From Octopus bimaculoides (Eukaryota), in NCBI RefSeq assembly GCF_001194135.2, contig NC_068994.1:53681880-53745879 (forward strand): 64,000 nt of DNA, given 5' to 3'. Positions 63,767 through 64,000 of the stretch are shown piece by piece (within the stretch, counting starts at the first letter, position 1; each line of letters opens with the position of its first letter). The notes under the pieces were generated by a model. The model searched no databases. It saw only the letters and a program-made list of their open reading frames with translations, and had not been told where the DNA came from. A program made the position numbers and the translations under genes.

Positions 63767-64000
63767 GTGAGTGGATTCAAGAACAAAATTATTTGCTCAC
63801 ATAATTTCTGTCTTCACTTAAAGTTAAATTTGATATTGCAAAACTTTTGTAGCCTTAATAGATTAATATATAAAGCTGATTAACAAACCCACTAGTAAAC
63901 TAAGCTGAAAATGTACTACAGACATGAAAAATGTATCACAAACTCCCTCCCAATAATGCTAAGGCCATATATTACTTGTCCACTGAATGTGTCTTGCAAA

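Overview
AT-rich, repeat-dense eukaryotic genomic DNA with about a dozen assembly gaps. The SINE/RTE repeat families look like those of octopus (inference from repeat appearance, not checked against a database). I assembled three spliced genes by hand from GT-AG boundaries with consistent phases. FANK1 is on + (10 exons, 11348-22509, 348 aa). UVSSA is on - (13 fully visible exons, 41607-25686). The tail of its zinc-finger exon is visible at a gap edge, and its first coding exon is probably inside another gap. BORCS7 is on + (5 exons, 49606-56602, 99 aa). FANK1 and UVSSA are tail-to-tail; UVSSA and BORCS7 are head-to-head. Single exons at both window edges may belong to neighbouring genes. Mobile DNA includes a non-autonomous Helitron carrying the RepHel C-terminus, a decayed Tigger/pogo transposase, fold-back elements and many SINE/RTE copies. 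The top finding is an apparently complete type-I hammerhead ribozyme (58250-58328, +, GUC cleavage triplet) paired with a decayed inverted copy of itself. A second, core-mutated Penelope-type hammerhead lies in a FANK1 intron. A ~1 kb intronic minisatellite is built from overlapping NF-kB-, STAT- and ETS-like motifs and YAG|GTAAT junctions. There are no CRISPR arrays, rRNA or true tRNA genes. Most ORFs in the supplied track are artefacts of N-runs or microsatellites.
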